Shown: piece by piece, positions 18,872-26,901 of the stretch | How positions within the stretch are numbered: position 1 is the stretch's first letter | Layout of the letters: each line of letters starts with the position of its first letter | NCBI RefSeq assembly: GCF_000012925.1 | Contig: NC_007517.1 | Location: forward strand, 2,160,001-2,192,000 | Length of the DNA: 32,000 nt | Direction: 5' to 3' | From: Geobacter metallireducens GS-15 | Lineage (GTDB): Bacteria > Desulfobacterota > Desulfuromonadia > Geobacterales > Geobacteraceae | Translations under genes and position numbers: made by a program | The notes under the pieces: generated by a model | The model's database searches: none | What the model was told of the DNA's origin: nothing | The model's input: only the letters and a program-made list of their open reading frames with translations

Positions 18872-19060
18872 ATGGCTGAACAGATGACATGCAGTTGCGG
18901 CGAAAAGCACCAAGGACATCTCTGTGTTCTCAAGAGCAAGGGAATGATGAAAGAAGTTAGCCATCTCACTTCAAACCCGACCGTCGTCTGCTTTATCTGC
19001 GGGTCCAAAGCAAATTCAGGGGACAATGTCTGTGAGCCTATGGCACTGGAAGAGAAATAA
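18872..19060 (+). CDS. small Cys/His-rich hypothetical protein (62 aa)
   Basis: MAEQMTCSCGEKHQGHLCVLKSKG...VVCFICGSKANSGDNVCEP has six Cys (CxC, HxxHxC, CxxC, C) and three His. A strong SD GGGAGG lies 8 nt upstream of the ATG. I do not recognise a family. Confidence 0.5.
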   Translation: MAEQMTCSCGEKHQGHLCVLKSKGMMKEVSHLTSNPTVVCFICGSKANSGDNVCEPMALEEK

Positions 19061-19074
19061 GACCTAGGAAATGG

Positions 19075-19668
19075 TCAGCGGGCTATTACCCTCATGAACT
19101 TGGCAAGGTAGTCGGCTCCGGACCAGACAGTCATAATTGTGGCGATCCAGAGATAGAACATCCCTGCATTGTGCATGTTGACGATGAGATAGGGGTTGTC
19201 GACCCCGAAAAACCAGTGGTAGTCATAGTGGAGAAGCAGCCCGATGATAGCCACCATCTGGAAGATGGTCTTGAACTTTCCCAGATCGCTGGCGGATATG
19301 ACAATCCCCTCGCTGGAGGCGATCCCCCGCAGCCCCGTAATGATGATCTCGCGGCCGAGGATTACAAGAACCATCCAGGCAGGAACCCGATTGTAGGGGA
19401 GGATCATGATGAGTGCCGCCATCACCATGAGCTTGTCTGCAATGGGGTCAAGGAACTTGCCGAAGACAGTAACGATACCCATCCTGCGGGCTAGATAGCC
19501 GTCAAGCCAGTCGGTGGTTGAGGCGACGGCGAACACGGCAGCGGCCCAGAATCCCGCTTCCCGGGACGGTGACAGAAGAAGCACCGCCAAAACGGGTATC
19601 AGAGCGATTCGCAGGAGAGTGAGAATGTTCGGGATATTCCAGATGGTCTTGGCGTTAGTGTCAGGCAT
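19075..19668 (-). CDS. pgsA: CDP-diacylglycerol--glycerol-3-phosphate 3-phosphatidyltransferase
   Basis: 197 aa, multi-TM, with the CDP-alcohol phosphatidyltransferase motif DWLDGYLARRMGIVTVFGKFLDPIADK. Confidence 0.9.
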   Translation of the reverse strand: MPDTNAKTIWNIPNILTLLRIALIPVLAVLLLSPSREAGFWAAAVFAVASTTDWLDGYLARRMGIVTVFGKFLDPIADKLMVMAALIMILPYNRVPAWMVLVILGREIIITGLRGIASSEGIVISASDLGKFKTIFQMVAIIGLLLHYDYHWFFGVDNPYLIVNMHNAGMFYLWIATIMTVWSGADYLAKFMRVIAR

Positions 19669-19680
19669 GTACGCTGATTC

Positions 19681-20292
19681 TCAATTGGTGGTCTGGTAGG
19701 ATTTTCTGTAAGTAAGCACCCTGTCGACATAGGTGCGCGTTTCCTGATAAGGGGGAATGCCGTTATACTGGGCTACCCGTGAAAGTCCGGCATTATAGGC
19801 TGCCAGGGCCAAGCTCTCATCACCCCGGAACGTATCGAGCAGGAAGCGAAGGTAGCGGACACCACCGCGAATGTTCTCCCGCGGGTCGAGGCTGTTAGCC
19901 ACTTTCAGATCCCGGGCCGTCTTGGGCATGAGCTGCATGAGCCCACTTGCCCCCTTGGGGGAGACGGCATTGGGGTTGTATCCCGATTCGGCATGGATTA
20001 CAGCCTTCACCAGCGATCTGTCAACGCCGAATTCCTGGGCGCACTGGGTGATGATCGGCTCGAATTCGGCAGGGTCACGGGTAAAGCGTGCAAGCTTAAA
20101 CGTGGTGCGAAGCTTCCGGTCCCGCTTGATATCCCTCATGAAAATCTTGAACCGTTTATCGGTGGGGGCGTCGGTAAAATGAACGACCCCCTCTTCATCT
20201 TCGTACCGGTAAATGTCTGCGTTGGCGTCAAAGTACCCCACTCCCCCCAGGAGCAAGAGGGCAAGAGCCAGAATACTGGCAACTTTCGGCAT
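19681..20292 (-). CDS. lytic transglycosylase (SLT domain) with an N-terminal DUF4124-like module
   Basis: ATG 20292 (GGGAGG 4 nt upstream) gives the signal peptide MPKVASILALALLLLGGVGYFDANA. This is followed by IYRYEDEEGVVHFTD and the SLT catalytic region AVIHAESGYNPNAVSPKGASGLMQLMP...AAYNAG. Confidence 0.85.
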   Translation of the reverse strand: MPKVASILALALLLLGGVGYFDANADIYRYEDEEGVVHFTDAPTDKRFKIFMRDIKRDRKLRTTFKLARFTRDPAEFEPIITQCAQEFGVDRSLVKAVIHAESGYNPNAVSPKGASGLMQLMPKTARDLKVANSLDPRENIRGGVRYLRFLLDTFRGDESLALAAYNAGLSRVAQYNGIPPYQETRTYVDRVLTYRKSYQTTN

Positions 20293-20412
20293 GTTTCCTC
20301 CCAAACAGCGCTGATCGGCGTCCCTGCCGAAAGCCATTCAAAATATAGACCAACTCAGAAGGCAATGCAACCCCAACGGTCATCTCAAAGGTCGTAACCA
20401 TCCTTAAATACC

Positions 20413-20441
20413 TTGACAAAGGGGGGAGGCAGGAGAATAAT
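20413..20441 (+). promoter_or_regulatory. candidate sigma70 promoter for the nadB operon
   Basis: TTGACA (20413..20418), a 17-nt spacer, then AATAAT (20436..20441), 56 nt upstream of the nadB ATG. Confidence 0.4.
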
Positions 20442-20497
20442 CGGCATTCTTCATAAATACTTACACATCCTTTACCCAATAATGAAGGAGAAGCCCC

Positions 20498-22093
20498 ATG
20501 AAATTAGCGACTGATTTTCTTGTTATCGGCAGCGGTATCGCCGGGCTCACCTTTGCTCTCCAGGCAGCACGACACGGCACCGTGGCCATCGTCACCAAAC
20601 GCGAAGTGACGGAATCCGCCACCAACTATGCGCAGGGGGGCATCGCCACGGTCTTTTCCCAGGAAGACACCTTTGATGCCCATGTAGAGGATACTCTTGT
20701 GGCTGGCGCAGGCATCTGCCATGAAGATGTGGTGCGGATGGTGGTCGAAGAAGGCCCCAAGGTCATCCGCAACCTCATCGAGTGGGGGGTCCAGTTTACC
20801 CGCAGTGGCGAGGCATTTGACCTGACCCGCGAGGGTGGGCACAGCCAGCGACGCATCCTCCACGCTGACGATGTCACGGGCCGCGAAATTGAGCGGGCAC
20901 TGGTGGCGGCGGTCCGCGATAACCCCAACATACAGCTCTACGAGCATCACATTGCCATTGATTTGATCACCATGTCAAAGGTGACCCACAAGCGAGTCAA
21001 GCCGGACCGTTGCCTCGGCGCTCATGTTCTGGACATCGCTACCAACAGCGTGAAGACCTTCAGGGCAAAAATCACCCTTCTCGCTACCGGAGGCGCCGGC
21101 AAGGTCTACCTCTACACCTGCAACCCCGACGTGGCCACCGGCGACGGCGTAGCCATGGCGTACCGGGCCGGCGCTACCGTCGCCAACATGGAATTCATGC
21201 AATTTCATCCCACCACCCTCTACCATCCCCATGCAAAATCTTTTCTCATTTCCGAAGCGGTACGGGGCGAGGGAGCCATCCTGCGCCGCCGTGACGGAAC
21301 TGCGTTCATGGAGAAATACCACAAGCTGAAGGATCTGGCCCCCCGTGACATCGTGGCGAGGGCCATCGACAATGAGATGAAGACCCATGGCGACGACTGT
21401 GTCTACCTGGATATCACCCACAAAGACCCGGAATACGTCCGCACCCGCTTCCCCAATATCTACCAGACATGTCTGGAATTCGGATTGGACATGACTAAAG
21501 AACCGCTGCCTGTGGTTCCTGCGGCCCACTACCTTTGCGGCGGTGTGGCGGTGGACATGAACGGTGAAACTGACCTAAGCCGTCTCTATGCTATCGGTGA
21601 GGTAGCTTTCACCGGTCTCCACGGCGCAAATCGCCTGGCAAGCAACTCCCTCCTTGAAGCGGCAGTCTTAGCGGGACGTGCCTACAAACGGGCGATTGAG
21701 GAACTGCAACAGAACCATTTCGAGTTTCCGGAAATCCCCGAGTGGGATGCGGGAACTGCCACCGACAGTGACGAAATGGTCGTCGTCTCCCAAAACTGGG
21801 ACGAAATTCGGCGGTTTATGTGGAATTACGTGGGAATTGTCCGTTCGGACAAGCGTCTCGAGCGTGCACAGCACCGCATCCGCTTGATCCAGGAAGAAAT
21901 TGATGACTACTACTGGGATTTCACCATCACCTCTGACCTTATTGAGCTGCGAAACATCGCCACGGTGGCGGAACTGATCGTCAAATGCGCCCTGCAACGG
22001 AAGGAATCCCGCGGCCTCCACTACACCATCGATTATCTGGAACGTGACGACGTGCACTGGAAGAAAGATACTTTTTTGAAAAAACAGTTCTGA
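20498..22093 (+). CDS. nadB: L-aspartate oxidase
   Basis: 531 aa with the FAD fold [12 protein letters not shown]. It also carries [13 protein letters not shown] and RESRGLHY, the motifs of the succinate dehydrogenase/fumarate reductase flavoprotein family, and the length fits NadB. Confidence 0.93.
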   Translation: MKLATDFLVIGSGIAGLTFALQAARHGTVAIVTKREVTESATNYAQGGIATVFSQEDTFDAHVEDTLVAGAGICHEDVVRMVVEEGPKVIRNLIEWGVQFTRSGEAFDLTREGGHSQRRILHADDVTGREIERALVAAVRDNPNIQLYEHHIAIDLITMSKVTHKRVKPDRCLGAHVLDIATNSVKTFRAKITLLATGGAGKVYLYTCNPDVATGDGVAMAYRAGATVANMEFMQFHPTTLYHPHAKSFLISEAVRGEGAILRRRDGTAFMEKYHKLKDLAPRDIVARAIDNEMKTHGDDCVYLDITHKDPEYVRTRFPNIYQTCLEFGLDMTKEPLPVVPAAHYLCGGVAVDMNGETDLSRLYAIGEVAFTGLHGANRLASNSLLEAAVLAGRAYKRAIEELQQNHFEFPEIPEWDAGTATDSDEMVVVSQNWDEIRRFMWNYVGIVRSDKRLERAQHRIRLIQEEIDDYYWDFTITSDLIELRNIATVAELIVKCALQRKESRGLHYTIDYLERDDVHWKKDTFLKKQF

Positions 22094-22105
22094 GGAACCT
22101 CTTGC

Positions 22106-22402
22106 ATGACGATAGACGAACTGAGGCAGGAAATTGACCGGATGGACAGCGAGCTTCTCCGGATCTTCAACCGGCGGGCTTCCCTGGCGCTGGAAATCGG
22201 CTTGATCAAGAAGGAGCGCGGGCTTCCAGTCTACGACCCCAAGCGTGAAAAACTTATCTTCGAGAGAATGAAGGCGGACAACCCGGGGCCCCTCGATGAC
22301 GGGGCAATCGTGCGTCTCTTCGAGCGTGTGATCGACGAATCGCGCCGGCTGGAGCGGATCATGACCCACCCGGAAGAAACCACCGGCAAGGAGGAGTCGT
22401 AA
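22106..22402 (+). CDS. chorismate mutase (AroQ class, stand-alone)
   Basis: 98 aa. LRQEIDRMDSELLRIFNRRASLALEIGLIKKERGLPVYDPKREKLIFERM is the canonical AroQ helix 1-2 pattern (R..ID..D..L..L...R......K.......D..RE). Confidence 0.85.
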   Translation: MTIDELRQEIDRMDSELLRIFNRRASLALEIGLIKKERGLPVYDPKREKLIFERMKADNPGPLDDGAIVRLFERVIDESRRLERIMTHPEETTGKEES

Positions 22403-22611
22403 TGCTCATCATCATGAAGAAAAGTGCCACTGAAGAGGCACTTGTGGAGATAAAGGAATACCTGATTTCCCGGAATTTTGACATTCACCAGTCGACGGGA
22501 GCCAACCGGACCATCATCGGCGTCATCGGCGACACCGACTCCCTCGACTCAGCCGAACTGGAGCGGATGCCCGGCGTACTCCAGGTCGTGAGAATAGAGA
22601 AGGAAGAGTGA
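22402..22611 (+). CDS. stand-alone ACT/ferredoxin-like domain resembling the N-terminal regulatory domain of Thermotoga-type DAHP synthase
   Basis: 69 aa: MLIIMKKSATEEALVEIKEYLISRNFDIHQSTGANRTIIGVIGDTDSLDSAELERMPGVLQVVRI. It lines up with my recollection of the T. maritima DAH7PS N-terminus (MIVVLKPGSTEE...ERTVIGIIGDD...VESVVRV). SD AAGGAGGAG lies 5 nt upstream. The ATG overlaps the chorismate mutase stop (TAATG), and a double stop (TGATAA) ends the ORF. Confidence 0.65.
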   Translation: MLIIMKKSATEEALVEIKEYLISRNFDIHQSTGANRTIIGVIGDTDSLDSAELERMPGVLQVVRIEKEE

Positions 22612-22660
22612 TAAAAATGGGGCCGGGGACAGGAAAGAGCTTTGTTTTCAAGCCCACCCC

Positions 22661-23464
22661 CTAATACACCGCCATTGCAGCATAAGCAACCACCTGCCGG
22701 TTGTCCCCCGTTACATCTCCGCTTGTTGCGTAACTGATCAATTCTGCCTTGCTAGCCCCCAAAGCCTTGGCTGTCACCAGCATGACCGTTGCGGGAATAA
22801 CCCCGCACATGGTGATGTTTTTGCGACGACAGATCTGCACCAGTCCCTCCGGATTCAGCGCCAGTACCTCGGCAATAGCTTGCTCGTCCTTTGCCCGGGC
22901 GGCGTCAGCTGACTCATAGTGGGTCATGTCAGAACTCGCCACGATGAGGACATCTTCGCCGAACTCCCTGATCGCCCTTGCAATCCCCTCCCCCAGAAGC
23001 CTGCACCGCTCATAATCACCGAATCCGAGGCAGATCGGCACAATAGAAACGTCAGCGCGACAATACTGGAGAAAAGGCACCTGAACTTCGAGGGAGTGTT
23101 CGAACCGGTGGGCCGACATCTCTGGCTCCACGAGCGGGACATGCTTCTGCACAAGCTGAGAGAGGCGAACGTCAATGGGGACGGAGCCAAGGGGCGTGAG
23201 CCATTCTCCTTCGGGATACAGGGCTGCGGCGGCCCCGAAACCGTGGTGATTGGGGCCGAGGATGACAACGGTCGACGGTATCTCGATGGCGCCGTACACG
23301 GCACCTGCAACGTGACCGGAATAAACATAGCCTGCGTGGGGGGCCACGATACCCTTAACTCGCTGCTTCATGGTCTCGGCAGGGATCATCCGCTGGAGAT
23401 CCCCCCGCAACCGTTTCGGCTCATCGGTGTAGAACTGTCCGGCAACTGCGGGTTGGCGTGTCAT
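22661..23464 (-). CDS. AmmeMemoRadiSam system protein B (Memo-like)
   Basis: ATG 23464 (GAGGGGG 5 nt upstream) gives MTRQPAVAGQFYTDEPKRLRGDL. It also has IVAPHAGYVYSG, LGPNHHG and SSDMTHY, the Memo-family metal-site pattern. The track start at 23485 is a TTG. Confidence 0.8.
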   Translation of the reverse strand: MTRQPAVAGQFYTDEPKRLRGDLQRMIPAETMKQRVKGIVAPHAGYVYSGHVAGAVYGAIEIPSTVVILGPNHHGFGAAAALYPEGEWLTPLGSVPIDVRLSQLVQKHVPLVEPEMSAHRFEHSLEVQVPFLQYCRADVSIVPICLGFGDYERCRLLGEGIARAIREFGEDVLIVASSDMTHYESADAARAKDEQAIAEVLALNPEGLVQICRRKNITMCGVIPATVMLVTAKALGASKAELISYATSGDVTGDNRQVVAYAAMAVY

Positions 23465-23531
23465 CCGCACCCCCTCGTTCGACAAACCATCAGCACTAAC
23501 TATAGCAGAGATTCACTCAGACGACAGTGCC

Positions 23532-24119
23532 TTACAAAAGCTCCCTGTCATCCTCGGGCTGCTCCAGCGGGAGTTCCTCCTGTTGTTCGTAGGAAGCAGT
23601 TTCCGACAGGTCGCGAATTTCCTTGAGGGTTGGCAGGCTCCTGAGGTCTTTGAGGCTGAAGAGTTCAAGGAACTCCCGCGTGGTACCGTAAATGAGCGGT
23701 TTTCCCGGAATGTCTTTCTTCCCGAGAATCTTGATGAGTTTCTTTTCCAGGATGGTCTTCAGGACGCCGCCGCAATCGACTCCGCGCAGATACTCGATTT
23801 CGGCACGGGTCACCGGTTGGCGGTAGGCGATGATGGCAAGGGTTTCAAGGGCGGACTGGCTGAATTTGACTGGCCTGGTTTTTGTGAGGCGCCGAAGGTA
23901 GTCGGCATTTTCTACGGGGGTGCGGAACTGGTAACCGGAAGCCACCTCAACCAGCACAACTCCCCTCCCTTCCTGTCCGTACTCCTCCTGAAGCGCGCCC
24001 AGTGCCTCCCGAATATCTCCCCGGTCAAACTCATCAAGGAAGGAGCAGAGACGGTCGAAGGTCATCGGGGCATCGGCAACGAACAGGAGGCTTTCGACAA
24101 TGGACTTAAGATTCGGCAT
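23532..24119 (-). CDS. scpB: segregation and condensation protein B
   Basis: ATG 24119 gives MPNLKSIVESLLFVADAPMTF, followed by two winged-helix halves (SQSALETLAIIAYRQPVTRAEIEYLRGV). It overlaps the scpA 3' end by 14 nt. Confidence 0.85.
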   Translation of the reverse strand: MPNLKSIVESLLFVADAPMTFDRLCSFLDEFDRGDIREALGALQEEYGQEGRGVVLVEVASGYQFRTPVENADYLRRLTKTRPVKFSQSALETLAIIAYRQPVTRAEIEYLRGVDCGGVLKTILEKKLIKILGKKDIPGKPLIYGTTREFLELFSLKDLRSLPTLKEIRDLSETASYEQQEELPLEQPEDDRELL

Positions 24120-24906
24120 CGACGAGACTCCCCTCCCCATCCATGACCGCAGGCTGTATCCAGATGGAGCCATAGCGGTTTGCCTGGACCACCTTCACCA
24201 TCTTGAGCTTGCAGAGTTCAAGCACGGCCAGGAACGTGGCAATGAGGAAATCTCTGTTGAAGTGTTCGGGAAAAAGCTCGTCGAAGAGAAGCGATTCCTT
24301 CCCCTCCAGGAGTGAGAGGATCTCGTTGATCCGCTCGGCGATGGTGATCGACTCGGCCCCCACCTCGTGGAAGCTCTCCTCGGAAACCCGGTCGAGAACC
24401 TTCCGGAATGCCTCTATCAGCTCGAACAGTTCCACCTCGACCGGTTCCTCCTCGGGCAGCATCTCCGCCAGCTCGGGGGAGATAAAGCTTCGGGCGTAGG
24501 TATCCCGGCCGAGCAGATCCCGCCCGGTCAGAGATACTGCCGCTTCCTTGTACTTCTGGTATTCGAGAAGACGCCGTACCAGCTCGGCCCGCGGGTCTTC
24601 CTCCTCTTCTTCCGGGGCATCTTCATCGACCGGCGTCGGGAGAAGCGTCTTCGACTTGATCTGGATGAGAGTTGATGCCATGACGAGGAACTCGCCGGCA
24701 ATCTCCAGGTTGAGCTCCTTCATCATCTTGATGTACTCAAGGTACTCTTTCGTGATTGTTGAGAGGGGAATATCATAGATGTCCACCTCATTCTTCCTGA
24801 TGAGGTGGAGCAGGAGGTCGAGGGGCCCCTCGAAGACCTCGAGCTTCACCGTATAGGAGGGGCTCTCCTCATCCTGGTAGAGGTCAAGATTCCCGCCGTT
24901 GCTCAT
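24106..24906 (-). CDS. scpA: segregation and condensation protein A (kleisin)
   Basis: ATG 24906 gives MSNGGNLDLYQDEESPSYTVKLEVFEGPLDLLLHLIRKNEVDIYDIPL, a typical ScpA N-terminus. It forms an ATGA overlap with the trpS stop. The 58-codon Arg/Pro-rich extension in the track was discarded. Confidence 0.85.
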   Translation of the reverse strand: MSNGGNLDLYQDEESPSYTVKLEVFEGPLDLLLHLIRKNEVDIYDIPLSTITKEYLEYIKMMKELNLEIAGEFLVMASTLIQIKSKTLLPTPVDEDAPEEEEEDPRAELVRRLLEYQKYKEAAVSLTGRDLLGRDTYARSFISPELAEMLPEEEPVEVELFELIEAFRKVLDRVSEESFHEVGAESITIAERINEILSLLEGKESLLFDELFPEHFNRDFLIATFLAVLELCKLKMVKVVQANRYGSIWIQPAVMDGEGSLVDAES

Positions 24907-25889
24907 AGATTGAGGGCGTCCCGCACCTCGGCCATGGTTCGCGCGGCCTCGGTTGCGGCACGGGCCTCCCCTTCGGCAAGGATTTCGGCCACGAGCCCCG
25001 GCTTTTCGGTGAGTTCGTCGCGGCGTGCCCGGTAGGGGGCAAGGGTCTGGACCAGGTACTCGGCCTGGAGCTTCTTGCACTCAACGCAACCAATGGCGGC
25101 ACTGCGGCACCCTGCGTAGATGTCTGCCTTCTTTTCTTCGGGGAGGTAGAGGCTGTTGAGGGAAAAGGCAACACAACGGTCGGGCTCCCCCGGATCGCTC
25201 CGCCGGACCCGCTGAGTATCGGTAACCATCGACATCACCTTCTTGCGGGTTTCTTCGGCACTCTCCGAGAGAAAAATGGCATTGCCGTAGGACTTGCTCA
25301 TCTTGCGGCCGTCGAGCCCCAGCACCTTGGGCGTCTCGGTGAGGAGCGCCGCGGGCTCAGGGAAGACCTCTCTGTTGTAGAGGTAGTTGAAGCGCCGTGC
25401 GATCTCGCGGGTAATCTCCAAGTGGGGGAGCTGATCGTGCCCCACCGGAACCTTGGATGCCTTGTAGACGATGATGTCCGACGCCATGAGGACCGGATAG
25501 CCGAGAAAACCGAAGGTGGAGAGATCCTTGGTGGAAAGATTCTCCTGCATCTCCTTGTAGGTGGGGTTCCGCTCAAGCCATGAAACCGGCGTGATCATGG
25601 AAAGGATCAGGTTCAGTTCCGCGTGCTGGGGTACGCGGCTCTGCCGGAAGATAACGCACTTGGCGGGATCGACCCCGAAGGCAAGCCAGTCGAGGATCAT
25701 CTCGTCGGTGTTCTGACGTATACCTGCGGTGTTGTCGTATTCAGTGGTAAGGGAGTGCCAGTCGGCAGCGAAGAAGAAGCATTCATACTCTTCCTGGAGT
25801 TCCCGCCAGTTGGCGAGCACGCCGTGGAAGTGGCCAAGGTGGAGTTTTCCGGTTGGCCTCATGCCGCTGACTATCCGCTTGTTGCTCAT
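24903..25889 (-). CDS. trpS: tryptophan--tRNA ligase
   Basis: 328 aa with the class I HIGH-type motif (GKLHLGHFHG) and KMSKS (GRKMSKSYG). SD AAGGAG lies 6 nt upstream. Confidence 0.93.
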   Translation of the reverse strand: MSNKRIVSGMRPTGKLHLGHFHGVLANWRELQEEYECFFFAADWHSLTTEYDNTAGIRQNTDEMILDWLAFGVDPAKCVIFRQSRVPQHAELNLILSMITPVSWLERNPTYKEMQENLSTKDLSTFGFLGYPVLMASDIIVYKASKVPVGHDQLPHLEITREIARRFNYLYNREVFPEPAALLTETPKVLGLDGRKMSKSYGNAIFLSESAEETRKKVMSMVTDTQRVRRSDPGEPDRCVAFSLNSLYLPEEKKADIYAGCRSAAIGCVECKKLQAEYLVQTLAPYRARRDELTEKPGLVAEILAEGEARAATEAARTMAEVRDALNL

Positions 25890-25920
25890 CGTCTGCTCCT
25901 TTTATCGACGGCTGTGCCGT

Positions 25921-26601
25921 TTATCTCATGAGAAAGTGGGTAACGCTGTACACCAGACCGCTTTGAGGCCCGGCAAGAATACGGATCCCCATATCGAGGA
26001 TCGGTGAGATGACCGAGCTGAAGATATTGGTAAAAAAGACCAGCAGGATAATGATGATCATGCCGTAGGGCTCCACCCGCGCCAGCATCTCCGCCTGACG
26101 ATAGGGGAGCAAACCCACTGCCACCCGTCCGCCGTCAAGAGGAGGAACCGGGATCAGGTTGAAGATGCAGAGAAGCAGGTTGATGTAGACCGAAAAGGCC
26201 GTCATCAGAATCAGCGGGTCAAGAAACGTTAGAGCATGGGAACCGTCGGGAAACCCTGCGCCTAGGGCAGCGAGCCCTCGCATAATCAGGGCCGAGAATA
26301 GAGCAAGAACAAAATTTGTCACCGGGCCGGCACCGGCGACCCAGATCATGTCCCGCTTGGGGTTTCTCAGGTTGTGAAAATTGACCGGCACCGGCTTGGC
26401 CCATCCGATGCCGACAAGAAAGATCATGAGGGTGCCCAGGATGTCCAGATGCTTGAGGGGGTTGAGAGTGAGCCGTCCCATGAAGCGTGCCGTCCGGTCG
26501 CCCAAGCGGTCGGCCACGAAGCCGTGGGATACCTCGTGGCAGGTGATCGCCATGAGGGCGGGTACAAGCATGATCGAAAACTTGAGGAAAAACTGTTCCA
26601 T
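25921..26601 (-). CDS. site-2 protease family (peptidase M50) membrane metalloprotease
   Basis: 226 aa, multi-TM, with HEVSHG (HExxH) in TM1 and the second M50 motif FNLIPVPPLDGG. Confidence 0.8.
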   Translation of the reverse strand: MEQFFLKFSIMLVPALMAITCHEVSHGFVADRLGDRTARFMGRLTLNPLKHLDILGTLMIFLVGIGWAKPVPVNFHNLRNPKRDMIWVAGAGPVTNFVLALFSALIMRGLAALGAGFPDGSHALTFLDPLILMTAFSVYINLLLCIFNLIPVPPLDGGRVAVGLLPYRQAEMLARVEPYGMIIIILLVFFTNIFSSVISPILDMGIRILAGPQSGLVYSVTHFLMR

Positions 26602-26798
26602 TGGGCGGGATTCTCCGGATACATAAAAGCCGTTTATCTCTAGCAGATTGGCTAGTGAAAGTCAATTGCGGGAGGGTAAGGCAACTATGTCCCTGCCAAA
26701 GGAAAAGTGACCGCGAAAAATATATAAAGACTGGGCAAGTTCAGCCGATGAGGTCATCAGAGGCAGCTCTGCAGCCATAAGCATAAAATTCTATCAAG

Positions 26799-26827
26799 TT
26801 GTCATTTTTAAATTAATCATATATAAC
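26799..26827 (+). promoter_or_regulatory. candidate sigma70 promoter for the Pel-like operon
   Basis: TTGTCA (26799..26804), a 17-nt spacer, then TATAAC (26822..26827). It sits within a ~300-bp AT-rich divergent intergenic region. Confidence 0.35.
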
Positions 26828-26901
26828 TGCAAAGTTTGTTCTACATCTTCGTTCCACAATTACGAGCACAGCTCCTTTACTCACATCATGAGGTTAATGC
26901 G

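Noticed and set aside
26640-26901. I looked for a c-di-GMP (GEMM-I) riboswitch or another structured leader upstream of the Pel-like gene, because Geobacter-type genomes carry many.
   Set aside because: I could not find the conserved GEMM-I elements (GCAAA... ACGCAAAGC, or paired GNRA/receptor hairpins). Only a short palindrome (GATGAggTCATC, about 26746..26757) is present. A covariance-model scan would be needed to be sure.
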